Position numbers and translations under genes: made by a program. Below the pieces are notes generated by a model, which searched no databases, was not told where the DNA came from, and worked only from the letters and a program-made list of their open reading frames with translations. Of a DNA stretch of 32,000 bases, positions 8,938-16,894 are shown in pieces; the stretch's first letter is position 1, and the number at the start of each line of letters is the position of its first letter. Source of the stretch: Nonlabens ponticola (lineage in GTDB: Bacteria > Bacteroidota > Bacteroidia > Flavobacteriales > Flavobacteriaceae); assembly GCF_003966335.1 (NCBI RefSeq), contig NZ_CP034549.1, forward strand, positions 480,001-512,000, read 5' to 3'.

Positions 8938-9020
8938 GTTTTACGGTATGTTCCAGCCGATTCCGCATCACTTCGACAAGCTCAGCTCGGCGCAAGTGCG
9001 GAATGACAATTACAAATTAC

Positions 9021-9431
9021 ATGAAAAAAATACTGCCACTTCTTGTATTTCTACTGCTGCTTTCCTGCCAGAAAGAGCTGGCAGCTACCAGTGAAAATAT
9101 CAACGCAGTTTTTGATACTCAGGATTTCAGTATCAGGTATGTTATTCTGGAAAATGAAGAACATCGCATGAGTTTTATGAATAATGTGATGGCATATTTT
9201 GGCCCTGAAGAGACGATAAGAAAAGAGCTTTCTTATGATGAAGCCATTTTGATCAATACCTTTGTACAAGACCGCTTTCAAAACAGAAATCAAACCGCTG
9301 CAAAAACAGATCAATTGATCATCTACAACGACACTAAAAAAGTTGTTTTTGAAACTGCGGCGTTTGAAAAAGAGTTTGAGACTTTATTGCAACAATTAGA
9401 CATACCCTATGTATCCGCTAAGAAGAAATAG
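9021..9431 (+). CDS. hypothetical lipoprotein
   Basis: The ORF track starts at 9003, but I prefer the ATG at 9021, which gives MKKILPLLVFLLLLSC with a lipobox Cys. The 3' end overlaps the hemB start by 23 nt. Confidence 0.6.
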   Translation: MKKILPLLVFLLLLSCQKELAATSENINAVFDTQDFSIRYVILENEEHRMSFMNNVMAYFGPEETIRKELSYDEAILINTFVQDRFQNRNQTAAKTDQLIIYNDTKKVVFETAAFEKEFETLLQQLDIPYVSAKKK

Positions 9432-10383
9432 AAGATTACGTACCACAGCTGCTATACGTTCACTGGTTCAAGAAACCGTGGTGACGCCTAGTGATTTTAT
9501 CGTTCCGCTATTTGTGGTAGAAGGTAAAGGCGTGAAAGAAGAGATAGCCAGCATGCCTGATTATTACAGATACAGTCTGGACTTGCTGGCAAAAGAAGTC
9601 AAAGAACTCTGGAACATGGGATTGAAAAGCGTGCTGCTTTTTGTCAAGGTTCCCGATGATTTAAAAGACAACAAAGGCACTGAAGCTCTCAATAGTGACG
9701 GTCTCATGCAGCGAGCCATCAAAACCGTCAAAGATGCCGCACCAGATATGTATGTCATGACAGATGTAGCGCTAGATCCTTATTCCAGCTATGGTCATGA
9801 TGGTATCGTTGAAAACGGTAAGATCTTAAACGATGCTACCAGCGAGGTGCTGGCGCAAATGAGCGTCTCGCAAGCACAAGCTGGCGCAGATATGGTGGCA
9901 CCAAGTGATATGATGGATGGACGTATTCTTTACATACGGGAAGCGCTGGAAGAAAACGGATTTACCGATACAGGTATCATGAGCTACAGCGCCAAATATG
10001 CCAGTGCTTTTTACGGCCCTTTTAGAGATGCGCTGGATAGCGCACCAGGTTTTGGCGATAAGAAAACCTACCAAATGGATCCAGCCAATAGGTCTGAAGC
10101 CATTAAGGAATCTCTCATGGACATCGATGAAGGTGCTGACATTCTCATGGTAAAACCAGGATTGTGCTATCTGGACATCGTGCGCGATTTACATAATGAA
10201 GTAGAGCTGCCTATTGCCGTTTATCAAGTAAGTGGTGAGTATGCGATGCTCAAAGCCGCGGCCGATCAAGGCTGGCTAGACCACGATGCCGTCATGATGG
10301 AACAGGTCACTGCCATCAAGCGCGCTGGAGCTAGTTTAATTGCTAGTTATTTTGCTAAGGATGTGGTCAAGGTGATTTCTTAA
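9409..10383 (+). CDS. hemB: porphobilinogen synthase (delta-aminolevulinic acid dehydratase), Asp-rich (non-Cys) metal-site type
   Basis: 324-aa ORF with typical HemB sequence throughout (RRNRRL, MVKPG, YQVSGEYAM). The metal-site region reads DVALDPYSSYGHDG, so it has no cysteines. Confidence 0.95.
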   Translation: MYPLRRNRRLRTTAAIRSLVQETVVTPSDFIVPLFVVEGKGVKEEIASMPDYYRYSLDLLAKEVKELWNMGLKSVLLFVKVPDDLKDNKGTEALNSDGLMQRAIKTVKDAAPDMYVMTDVALDPYSSYGHDGIVENGKILNDATSEVLAQMSVSQAQAGADMVAPSDMMDGRILYIREALEENGFTDTGIMSYSAKYASAFYGPFRDALDSAPGFGDKKTYQMDPANRSEAIKESLMDIDEGADILMVKPGLCYLDIVRDLHNEVELPIAVYQVSGEYAMLKAAADQGWLDHDAVMMEQVTAIKRAGASLIASYFAKDVVKVIS

Positions 10384-10385
10384 AA

Positions 10386-10982
10386 TCAATCAACTTTTAT
10401 GAGTGTCATTTCCTTAGGGATCCTCAACCTTTGAGATGCCTCTGGGTCATCATTAAGATTGAGAAAACCTACAATCATAGTTTTCATTCTTAGCACCTTT
10501 TGCTCAACCAGTCCAGATGATGTCAAGATCTCTCTAGTACTGAGTATAACATTTGAGTCATAGCTTGTCCACTTACTATTCACCGGATCTTCAAAGATAA
10601 AGTTAACAGGTTTTCCTGGCCTAAAATACATAGAGGAAAAATGATAGACATCATCTGGAGAGCCTTGTGTTATTGCTTGATTCAAAGTATTGATGATCTC
10701 AACACCATTTTTCACATATTTGTAGTTCCCCAATAACATGTCTGCTTTGCCGTACTCACCACCCTTTTCGTGCGCCTCGACTCTTTCCAAAACTAAGGTG
10801 AATTCTTCATTGCTTTGTTCAAATTTATAAGTGCCTTCAAAAACCAACATATCGTTATTGATATCCTTGATATACAAATTGGATTGATCATCTATGGATA
10901 AATAATTATAATCAATTGGTACAATTTGAGAATAGCCTAGACATGCACCTATAAAAAATATCAAGTTTACATGTAGTTTCAT
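10386..10982 (-). CDS. hypothetical secreted protein (paralog A of a tandem pair)
   Basis: 198-aa ORF with a signal peptide (MKLHVNLIFFIGACLGYSQ). It is AT-rich. It shares Y[IV]KDIN, a spacing-conserved core and a C-terminal M.L..V[DE] with the next ORF. Confidence 0.6.
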   Translation of the reverse strand: MKLHVNLIFFIGACLGYSQIVPIDYNYLSIDDQSNLYIKDINNDMLVFEGTYKFEQSNEEFTLVLERVEAHEKGGEYGKADMLLGNYKYVKNGVEIINTLNQAITQGSPDDVYHFSSMYFRPGKPVNFIFEDPVNSKWTSYDSNVILSTREILTSSGLVEQKVLRMKTMIVGFLNLNDDPEASQRLRIPKEMTLIKVD

Positions 10983-11154
10983 CTTGCTATAAATATTTTG
11001 ATGCAGTTTGAGATGTTGCGATTATTTAATGAGAAATTTCTGCTACTAAATTTAGAGCGGAACAAGACTTAATAAGACCACCGAAGAAATCAGATTAATC
11101 ATTTTTCCAGAAGTTTAATGGTCTTTAAGTCATTCAATAATAATGTTTTTCTAA

Positions 11155-11745
11155 CTACTCTACTCGTGTTAAAATCATATTGTCTGGATACAATTGATTG
11201 AAACCACTAGGACAATCTTCTTGAGTTGGCTGGCTTGAGCCATATTGTTGAAAAAATAATTTTAGAGTGTTATCATCGATTTTGGTAATAAAGACATTAC
11301 CGTAAATGTAGCACTCCGAGCTTTTTAACTGAAAAAAATCATAAAACCAATTACCATTACGTCCTTGTGTTATTCCATGACCTCTAAGACGTTTACTTCT
11401 AATAGAGACATTGAATGTGTCTTCTATAACTTCATCAGTATTCAAGTCAATAATTTTATGCTGCTTGCCTAAAATGTCCATGGCAAAGTCAGCGGAATTC
11501 TCTCTGTATTTCTCAATATTTAATTCATAACTCTTACCGTTTGCGATTCCAGACCATTTACCAACTAAAGGATCTAGAATATCATTAATGTCTTTGACGT
11601 AATCTAGACTCGAAGGCAATTCGCAATTTTCCTCATCTAATATGCATGCACGATGAGCCTCTAACGACATAATCGTTTGGCAGCTCGCTTGACCAACGCA
11701 AAGAAATAGTATCATCAATAAGTGACTCTTTCTCAATTCAACCAT
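11155..11745 (-). CDS. hypothetical secreted protein (paralog B of a tandem pair)
   Basis: 196-aa ORF with a signal peptide (LLMILFLCVGQASCQ) and the motif DYVKDINDIL. It ends MILTRVE, compared with MTLIKVD in paralog A. Confidence 0.6.
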   Translation of the reverse strand: MVELRKSHLLMILFLCVGQASCQTIMSLEAHRACILDEENCELPSSLDYVKDINDILDPLVGKWSGIANGKSYELNIEKYRENSADFAMDILGKQHKIIDLNTDEVIEDTFNVSIRSKRLRGHGITQGRNGNWFYDFFQLKSSECYIYGNVFITKIDDNTLKLFFQQYGSSQPTQEDCPSGFNQLYPDNMILTRVE

Positions 11746-11825
11746 GACTCTAAGATAACCTTTTCACAAAAGTGTCTGGAGCGCATCTGAGCAGCTAGAA
11801 TTAAAATTTAATCTTCGATAAAGAC

Positions 11826-11945
11826 TGGCTAGATCACGATGCAGTCATGATGGAACAGGTCACTGCCATCAAGCGTACTGGCGCTAGTTTGATTGCGAAC
11901 TATATTTTTAAGGATGTGGTTAGGATGATTGGGTACGGCTATTAG
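11826..11945 (+). pseudogene. orphan duplicate of the hemB 3' end (last 39 codons plus stop)
   Basis: Translates to WLDHDAVMMEQVTAIKRTGASLIANYIFKDVVRMIGYGY*, compared with WLDHDAVMMEQVTAIKRAGASLIASYFAKDVVKVIS* in the intact hemB. A 32-nt identical block is present at 10291..10322 and 11844..11875. No upstream hemB coding sequence is attached. Confidence 0.85.
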
Positions 11946-12060
11946 AACTATGATAAATTCCAGAAAAACGGATTGATTAAAAAATGATGTCTCAACATTT
12001 TCCCTAAAACTTAACGACCTCAACAAACCGCTTTCCCTACTTTTACCTTAAAATAATTTC

Positions 12061-13179
12061 ATGGGATTACTTATCCTTTACGCAGTAGTATCGATTTTTT
12101 TCTCGTTTATGTGTTCCATACTCGAGGCCGTTCTACTTTCCATCACGCCTACTTTTATCAAGATGAAAACGCAGGAAGGCGCCTCTTATACAGATGCGCT
12201 GACTGAGCTCAAGGAAGACGTTGACAAACCGCTAATTGCCATCTTGACACTCAATACACTGGCGCACACCGTTGGTGCGATTCTCGTTGGTGTACAGGCA
12301 GAAAGTATGGTGGCGGACGGCTACCAAGCCTACGTTCTAGGCATACCGCTAGTCGGTGTGGTGTCTGGTATCATGACCGTGCTGATTCTTGTCGTCAGTG
12401 AGATTATTCCTAAAACCATAGGTGCTACCTACTGGCAAGGACTTGCTGGTATCTCGACCAGGATTTTGGTGGGTATGGTTGCGGTTCTCAAATACACAGG
12501 AATTTTATGGGTATTACAATTGACCACTAGAGCTATTGGTAAAAGTGCGCACATGAATACCATGACCCGTGAGGAATTTGTGGCTATCACAGAAACTGCC
12601 GAGCAAGAAGGTGTCTTTGAACCTACTGAAGGTCAATACATCAAAAGCCTCATGAACTTCAACAAGATCGAGGTCAAGGACATTATGACGCCACGATCTG
12701 TGATGTTTATGGCGCAGCAATCCATGGCGATCAAAGACTTTTTTGAAGCCAATCAAGAATTGCGTTTTTCTCGTATTCCCATTTTCGGAAAGAACCGTGA
12801 TGACATCACAGGATATGTCCTCAAGGATGCTATTCTAGCAGACATTATTCACGACAAACCTGCCGAAACACTAGAAGATCTACGACGTGAAATCGCCATG
12901 GTACGTGCCGACTTGCCCATCACGCAACTATTTGACCAGATGATTGCTAGCAAGGAACACATCGCGCTGGTACTTGATGATTACGGTAGTGTTCAAGGCC
13001 TAGCCACTATGGAAGACGTGATCGAGACCATGCTAGGTCTAGAGATCATGGACGAAAGCGATAATGTAGAAGATATGCAGCTACTCGCCCGTAAAAACTG
13101 GGAGAAACGAAGTAAAGTCCTAGGCTTAGAAACCTTGGGTACCGATGCTGAAAATCCTGAGGAAGATTCTAAAAAGTAG
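12061..13179 (+). CDS. CNNM/DUF21 + CBS-pair transporter (HlyC/CorC family)
   Basis: 372-aa ORF with an N-terminal multi-TM region that includes the conserved LNTLAHT motif, followed by a tandem CBS-like region (IMTPR ... EDVIE). Confidence 0.85.
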   Translation: MGLLILYAVVSIFFSFMCSILEAVLLSITPTFIKMKTQEGASYTDALTELKEDVDKPLIAILTLNTLAHTVGAILVGVQAESMVADGYQAYVLGIPLVGVVSGIMTVLILVVSEIIPKTIGATYWQGLAGISTRILVGMVAVLKYTGILWVLQLTTRAIGKSAHMNTMTREEFVAITETAEQEGVFEPTEGQYIKSLMNFNKIEVKDIMTPRSVMFMAQQSMAIKDFFEANQELRFSRIPIFGKNRDDITGYVLKDAILADIIHDKPAETLEDLRREIAMVRADLPITQLFDQMIASKEHIALVLDDYGSVQGLATMEDVIETMLGLEIMDESDNVEDMQLLARKNWEKRSKVLGLETLGTDAENPEEDSKK

Positions 13180-13212
13180 AATTTCTTTAATTCCCGCTGG
13201 ATGCTTTTGATC

Positions 13213-13282
13213 ATTACGCTTTCACCGTTGTGAAGCAAGGGTGAAGTTTATGCCGTGCCACGAAACGGTACGAAAGCGTAAT
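13213..13282. repeat. extended/split variant of the palindromic element (ATTACGCTTTC...GAAAGCGTAAT with a ~48-nt interior)
   Basis: The outer arms ATTACGCTTTC (13213..13223) and GAAAGCGTAAT (13272..13282) are exact reverse complements. Further ACCGTT/AACGGT pairing occurs inside. It lies between convergent genes. Confidence 0.75.
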
Positions 13283-13359
13283 CACGATATTTTATCCTGC
13301 AAGAAATTGGCCCAGATCGTAGCCTGTATGATTTGGATGATATACTAAGTAGACAAATT

Positions 13360-13716
13360 CTAATCAATCACCTCAGCGGCCATCATATAGTGGACAATCG
13401 CCTCTTTCATAAGCAATGATTGCTCGCCTGCCTTGAGTGGTGGCAGATTTTGCATCACGCGATAATGAGGCCATTTTTCATCGTCAAAATGTGAGAATTC
13501 GTAATAGCCATAAGGTTCAAGAACGCGACATATAGCAATGTGCATCAATTGGTACTTCTCATCCTTGCTGAACTTACGATGCAGTTGTCCCAATTCCTGT
13601 ACACCGATGATAAACAGAATCGCATCCAGGTCCATCTCTTCACCATCACCAAAACGTTCTTGAAAAAACGCCACCGTGCGCGCCCAGCGCTCTTTTAACT
13701 GCTCATCTCTTGCCAT
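13360..13716 (-). CDS. hypothetical cytoplasmic protein
   Basis: 118-aa ORF with normal composition. I recognised no motif. Confidence 0.55.
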   Translation of the reverse strand: MARDEQLKERWARTVAFFQERFGDGEEMDLDAILFIIGVQELGQLHRKFSKDEKYQLMHIAICRVLEPYGYYEFSHFDDEKWPHYRVMQNLPPLKAGEQSLLMKEAIVHYMMAAEVID

Positions 13717-13797
13717 ACTGCAAAGCTACTGCTTATCTACAGTTTTAGAACCTACTCTCGTGCGTGACTCAATAGTTAAAATCTTAATAGTTGTTAT

Positions 13798-13815
13798 TTG
13801 AAACGATTGTTTCAA
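13798..13815. promoter_or_regulatory. 18-bp palindromic operator candidate TTGAAAC-GATT-GTTTCAA (TetR autoregulation site)
   Basis: 7-bp perfect inverted arms around a 4-nt centre, sitting between a TTTG (-33-like, 13797..13800) and the -7 box at 13818. It shares the AACGATTGTT core with the site at 14421. Confidence 0.55.
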
Positions 13816-13817
13816 TA

Positions 13818-13825
13818 TATATTTG
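13818..13825 (+). promoter_or_regulatory. candidate -7 promoter box TATATTTG placed 4 nt upstream of the tetR ATG (leaderless-type)
   Basis: Matches TAnnTTTG. The geometry (box + 4 nt + ATG) is the same as at 8173..8187. Confidence 0.4.
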
Positions 13826-13829
13826 CACC

Positions 13830-14402
13830 ATGCCTAGAGTAGAAACATTCAATCGTGAACAAGTACTAGAAGCTGCCATGCAGACTTTCTGGGCTCATGG
13901 TTATCAGGCTACCAGCATGCAGCAATTGGTTGATGCGACTGGTCTTAATCGCAGTAGTTTATATAACAGCTTTGGCGACAAGATGGATTTGTATAAGGCG
14001 TCGCTCAAACATTACATGAACGGGACGCAACAACAGTTTACGGCCGCGATTGAACAAGCTGCCCATCCGCTAGAAGCGATACGCAACATATTTTACATGT
14101 TTTTACCAGAGATTCAGACCGATTCTCGTGGCTGTATGAGCATGAGCTGTAAGTCAGAATTAAATGCGGACGTATCCATCAAAGCGTTTCTTGAGAACAC
14201 CCAAGAGCAATCGCTGCTCATGTTTGAGAAACTAGTGAGAGATGGTCAGGAATCTGGCGTGATTAATAAAGACAAGAGCAGTCGTGAATATGCGTGGCAT
14301 GTGTTCAATGCTTTTCAAGGCTATCGCATGACGGGAATTTTAGTTAAAGACATCAACGTATTGAAAGGAATCATCGATTTGAACCTTTCGGTTTTAGAGT
14401 AA
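13830..14402 (+). CDS. TetR/AcrR-family transcriptional regulator
   Basis: The ORF track starts at the TTG at 13791, but I prefer the ATG at 13830 (MPRVETFNREQVLEAAMQTFWAHGYQATSMQQLVDATGLNRSSLYNSFGDK), which is a classic TetR HTH. Confidence 0.9.
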   Translation: MPRVETFNREQVLEAAMQTFWAHGYQATSMQQLVDATGLNRSSLYNSFGDKMDLYKASLKHYMNGTQQQFTAAIEQAAHPLEAIRNIFYMFLPEIQTDSRGCMSMSCKSELNADVSIKAFLENTQEQSLLMFEKLVRDGQESGVINKDKSSREYAWHVFNAFQGYRMTGILVKDINVLKGIIDLNLSVLE

Positions 14403-14420
14403 TATTTTTTTTAACCCAAT

Positions 14421-14438
14421 CTGGAACGATTGTTCCAG
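14421..14438. promoter_or_regulatory. second 18-bp palindromic operator candidate CTGGAAC-GATT-GTTCCAG upstream of the SDR gene
   Basis: Perfect 7-bp arms with the same central GATT and the same AACGATTGTT core as 13798..13815. It lies between the tetR stop and the SDR ATG. Confidence 0.55.
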
Positions 14439-14456
14439 TAATTAAATTTATAAATT

Positions 14457-15206
14457 ATGAGTGATTTTAAAGGAAAAACAGTAGTAGTTACCGGTGGTAC
14501 CAGCGGTATAGGTAAAGCAACTGCCAAGGCGTTTCTTGACAAAGGCGCAACGGTAATTATTACCAGCCGTAAGCAGGAAAACATCGACAGCACCGTTCAA
14601 GAACTAGGTGGCGACATCAAAGGTTTTGTGAGTGACGCTGGAAAGTGGGAAGACTTGCAGTCTTTTGGTACACATCTAGGAAAACATACAGATCATGTGG
14701 ATGTTTTATTTGTAAACGCAGGTTTTGGTAAGTTCACTTCGCTTGCTGAGGCTAGCGAGGAAGCTTTTGATAGCCAATTCAATGCTCTTGTAAAAGGTGG
14801 TTATTTTACCACGCAAAAGACGCTACCTTTTTTGAAAAAAGGCAGTTCAATCATTTTTAACACGAGTGTGGTAACTGATATGGCGATGCAAGGTGCCAGT
14901 ATATATGGTGCTGCCAAAAGTGCCGTTAAATACTTTACCAGCAGTTTTGCTAATGAGTTTAAAGAGCAGGGCATCAGAGTTAATGCGGTAAGTCCAGGCC
15001 CGATTGGAACCAACTTCTTCAATGAAGCTGGTGTTCCTGAAGAGCAACAACAACAAATGGCAGAAGGTATCTTAAACATGGTACCGATGAACCGTTTTGG
15101 TGAGCCGTCTGAAATAGCCAAAACCGTTTTGTTCCTAGCCAGCGACGACGCCAGTTACATCACAGGCCACGAGATCCAAGTAGATGGTGGTATGGTGCAA
15201 GTGTAG
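14457..15206 (+). CDS. SDR-family oxidoreductase (probable TetR-controlled target)
   Basis: 249-aa ORF with TGGTSGIG, NAG, and S...YGAAK. Confidence 0.9.
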   Translation: MSDFKGKTVVVTGGTSGIGKATAKAFLDKGATVIITSRKQENIDSTVQELGGDIKGFVSDAGKWEDLQSFGTHLGKHTDHVDVLFVNAGFGKFTSLAEASEEAFDSQFNALVKGGYFTTQKTLPFLKKGSSIIFNTSVVTDMAMQGASIYGAAKSAVKYFTSSFANEFKEQGIRVNAVSPGPIGTNFFNEAGVPEEQQQQMAEGILNMVPMNRFGEPSEIAKTVLFLASDDASYITGHEIQVDGGMVQV

Positions 15207-15279
15207 TGACTGATGATTTATGACTTAAGACCAGTTCAAAACAATTTGAATGACTAAGCGATTCACAGAAATCAAAAAA

Positions 15280-15304
15280 GGGCAAACTCAAGTTTGCCCT
15301 TTTG
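15280..15304. terminator. bidirectional rho-independent terminator
   Basis: GGGCAAAC-TCAA-GTTTGCCC stem-loop, preceded by an A-run and followed by TTTTG. It lies between convergent genes. Confidence 0.8.
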
Positions 15305-15374
15305 TTATATAGTGATGTTTCGTCTCGCAAGTTTTCGCAAAAAAGCGTAAAAGTCTTTCGTCTTACATTACAAG

Positions 15375-15398
15375 ATTTTCCGTCAGGAAAAACGAGCA
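15375..15398. repeat. 24-bp direct repeat copy 1 (ATTTTCCGTCAGGAAAAACGAGCA, contains the TTTTCC/GGAAAA hairpin)
   Basis: Identical to 15458..15481. Confidence 0.9.
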
Positions 15399-15457
15399 TC
15401 TTTTGTCAATCAGTCAATCGTCATCAAGTCGGTCGTCAAAAAGTCAATCGTCACAAA

Positions 15458-15481
15458 ATTTTCCGTCAGGAAAAACGAGCA
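15458..15481. repeat. 24-bp direct repeat copy 2, abutting the aminopeptidase stop codon
   Basis: Identical to 15375..15398. On the minus strand the hairpin is followed by a T-run, so it may act as a weak terminator for the aminopeptidase gene. Confidence 0.9.
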
Positions 15482-15483
15482 AC

Positions 15484-16776
15484 TTACTTATTCATCAAAT
15501 CCTCAATCTCTTCAACCTCAATAGGAATATCGCCCATCAAATTTTTAGGCGCGCCGCTTTCTTGGATAACAACATCATCTTCCAGTCGGATCCCAAAACC
15601 TTCTTGCGGTATGTAAATTCCTGGTTCTACGGTAAAGACATTATTGGCTTGCATAGGTTCCCAAAGCAAACCATAATCATGTGTGTCTAGACCTATGTGG
15701 TGTGAGGTACCGTGCATAAAGTATTTTTTATAAGCTGGCCAGTCTGGATTTTCATTTTGTACATCAGCTTTGTCTAGCAAGCCTAGATCCAGCAACTCAC
15801 TGGTCATGAGTTTACCTACCTCAACGTGATATTCCTTCCACAGCGTGCCTGGCACGAGCATCGCTGTTGCCTCGTTCTTTACTTTATTGACAGCATTGTA
15901 AACCTGCTTTTGACGATCTGTGAATCGGCCATTTACAGGTATGGTGCGCGACATATCTGCGCTGTAGTTGGCATAGACCGCACCTACATCCATCAGGATC
16001 AAATCACCATCCTTACATTGCTGGTTGTTCTCTATGTAATGCAGCACATTGGCATTATTACCACTCGCTATAATTGGCGTGTAGGCAAAACCATCACTGC
16101 GGCGTCTAATAAATTCATGCAGATATTCTGCCTCAATCTCATATTCCCAAACGCCAGGCTTCACAAAATCCAGCACGCGTCTAAAACTATGATTGGTAAT
16201 ATCACAAGCCTTTTGCAGCAATTCCAGCTCTTCAGGTTCTTTTACAGCGCGCAGACGCTGTAGTATAGGCGCACTTTTGGCATAATTGTGTGCAGGATAC
16301 TGCGCCTTGGTTTTCTTGATAAATCGATCCTCGCGCGTTTCCATTTCCACTGCCTGACGATAATGCTCGTTAGTATTGAAATACACCGTATCGCACTGCG
16401 TCATCATTTCAAAAAATTTCTTGTCCAGATCTTTGAGCCAGTAAACAGTCTCAATTCCAGTAACCTCAGTCGCTTTTTCCTTAGTCAGCTTCTCGCCTTC
16501 CCAAACGGCGATGTGGTCATTGGTTTCGGTCACAAAAAGCACCTCACGATGCGCAGGATCTGGACAATCTGGAAAAAGTACCAGTACCGTATCCTCTTGA
16601 TCTGCACCCGATAGATAAAAAATATCGCGATGCTGCTTGAACGGCATGGTACTATCTGCACCCGTTTTAAAAACGTCGTTTGAGTTAAAAACCGCTAGAC
16701 TCGATGGCTTCATCTGCGCCATAAATTTCTTGCGGTTCTTCTTAAAAAGGTTGCTATCAATAGGATCGTACTTCAT
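15484..16776 (-). CDS. Xaa-Pro aminopeptidase (M24B family)
   Basis: 430-aa ORF with metal-ligand motifs (DVGAVYANYSADMSRT, HGTSHHIGLDTHD, TVEPGIY, IRLEDDV). Confidence 0.9.
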   Translation of the reverse strand: MKYDPIDSNLFKKNRKKFMAQMKPSSLAVFNSNDVFKTGADSTMPFKQHRDIFYLSGADQEDTVLVLFPDCPDPAHREVLFVTETNDHIAVWEGEKLTKEKATEVTGIETVYWLKDLDKKFFEMMTQCDTVYFNTNEHYRQAVEMETREDRFIKKTKAQYPAHNYAKSAPILQRLRAVKEPEELELLQKACDITNHSFRRVLDFVKPGVWEYEIEAEYLHEFIRRRSDGFAYTPIIASGNNANVLHYIENNQQCKDGDLILMDVGAVYANYSADMSRTIPVNGRFTDRQKQVYNAVNKVKNEATAMLVPGTLWKEYHVEVGKLMTSELLDLGLLDKADVQNENPDWPAYKKYFMHGTSHHIGLDTHDYGLLWEPMQANNVFTVEPGIYIPQEGFGIRLEDDVVIQESGAPKNLMGDIPIEVEEIEDLMNK

Positions 16777-16813
16777 GTAGTGATTTTAATAATTGCAGTA
16801 AAGATGGTGGTAG

Positions 16814-16835
16814 TTACGCTTTCGCGAAAGCGTAA
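16814..16835. repeat. full 22-bp perfect palindrome TTACGCTTTCGCGAAAGCGTAA (intergenic copy)
   Basis: Exact self-complementary 22-mer, downstream of the 16895..17701 gene. Confidence 0.9.
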
Positions 16836-16894
16836 TTATCCAAAGCATGCAAGGTAACGATCATCATACGGCTCTACAAATGCCTGTTGCACGA

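Noticed and set aside
8960-9004. ATTCCGCA ... TGCGGAAT 8-bp inverted repeat with a ~29-nt loop downstream of the SDR gene.
   Set aside because: It could be a terminator or another repeat family. However, the loop is long, no T-run follows, and I saw no second copy in the window, so it is too weak to call.
11829-12026. 65-aa minus-strand ORF.
   Set aside because: It is antisense to the orphan hemB 3' fragment. The similarity to hemB on the + strand explains the open frame.
15302-15690. Two + strand ORFs (15302..15616 and 15403..15690).
   Set aside because: They start in the repeat-rich intergenic tail and run antisense into the well-supported aminopeptidase gene. Their S/Q-rich sequence comes from the GTCAATC repeats.
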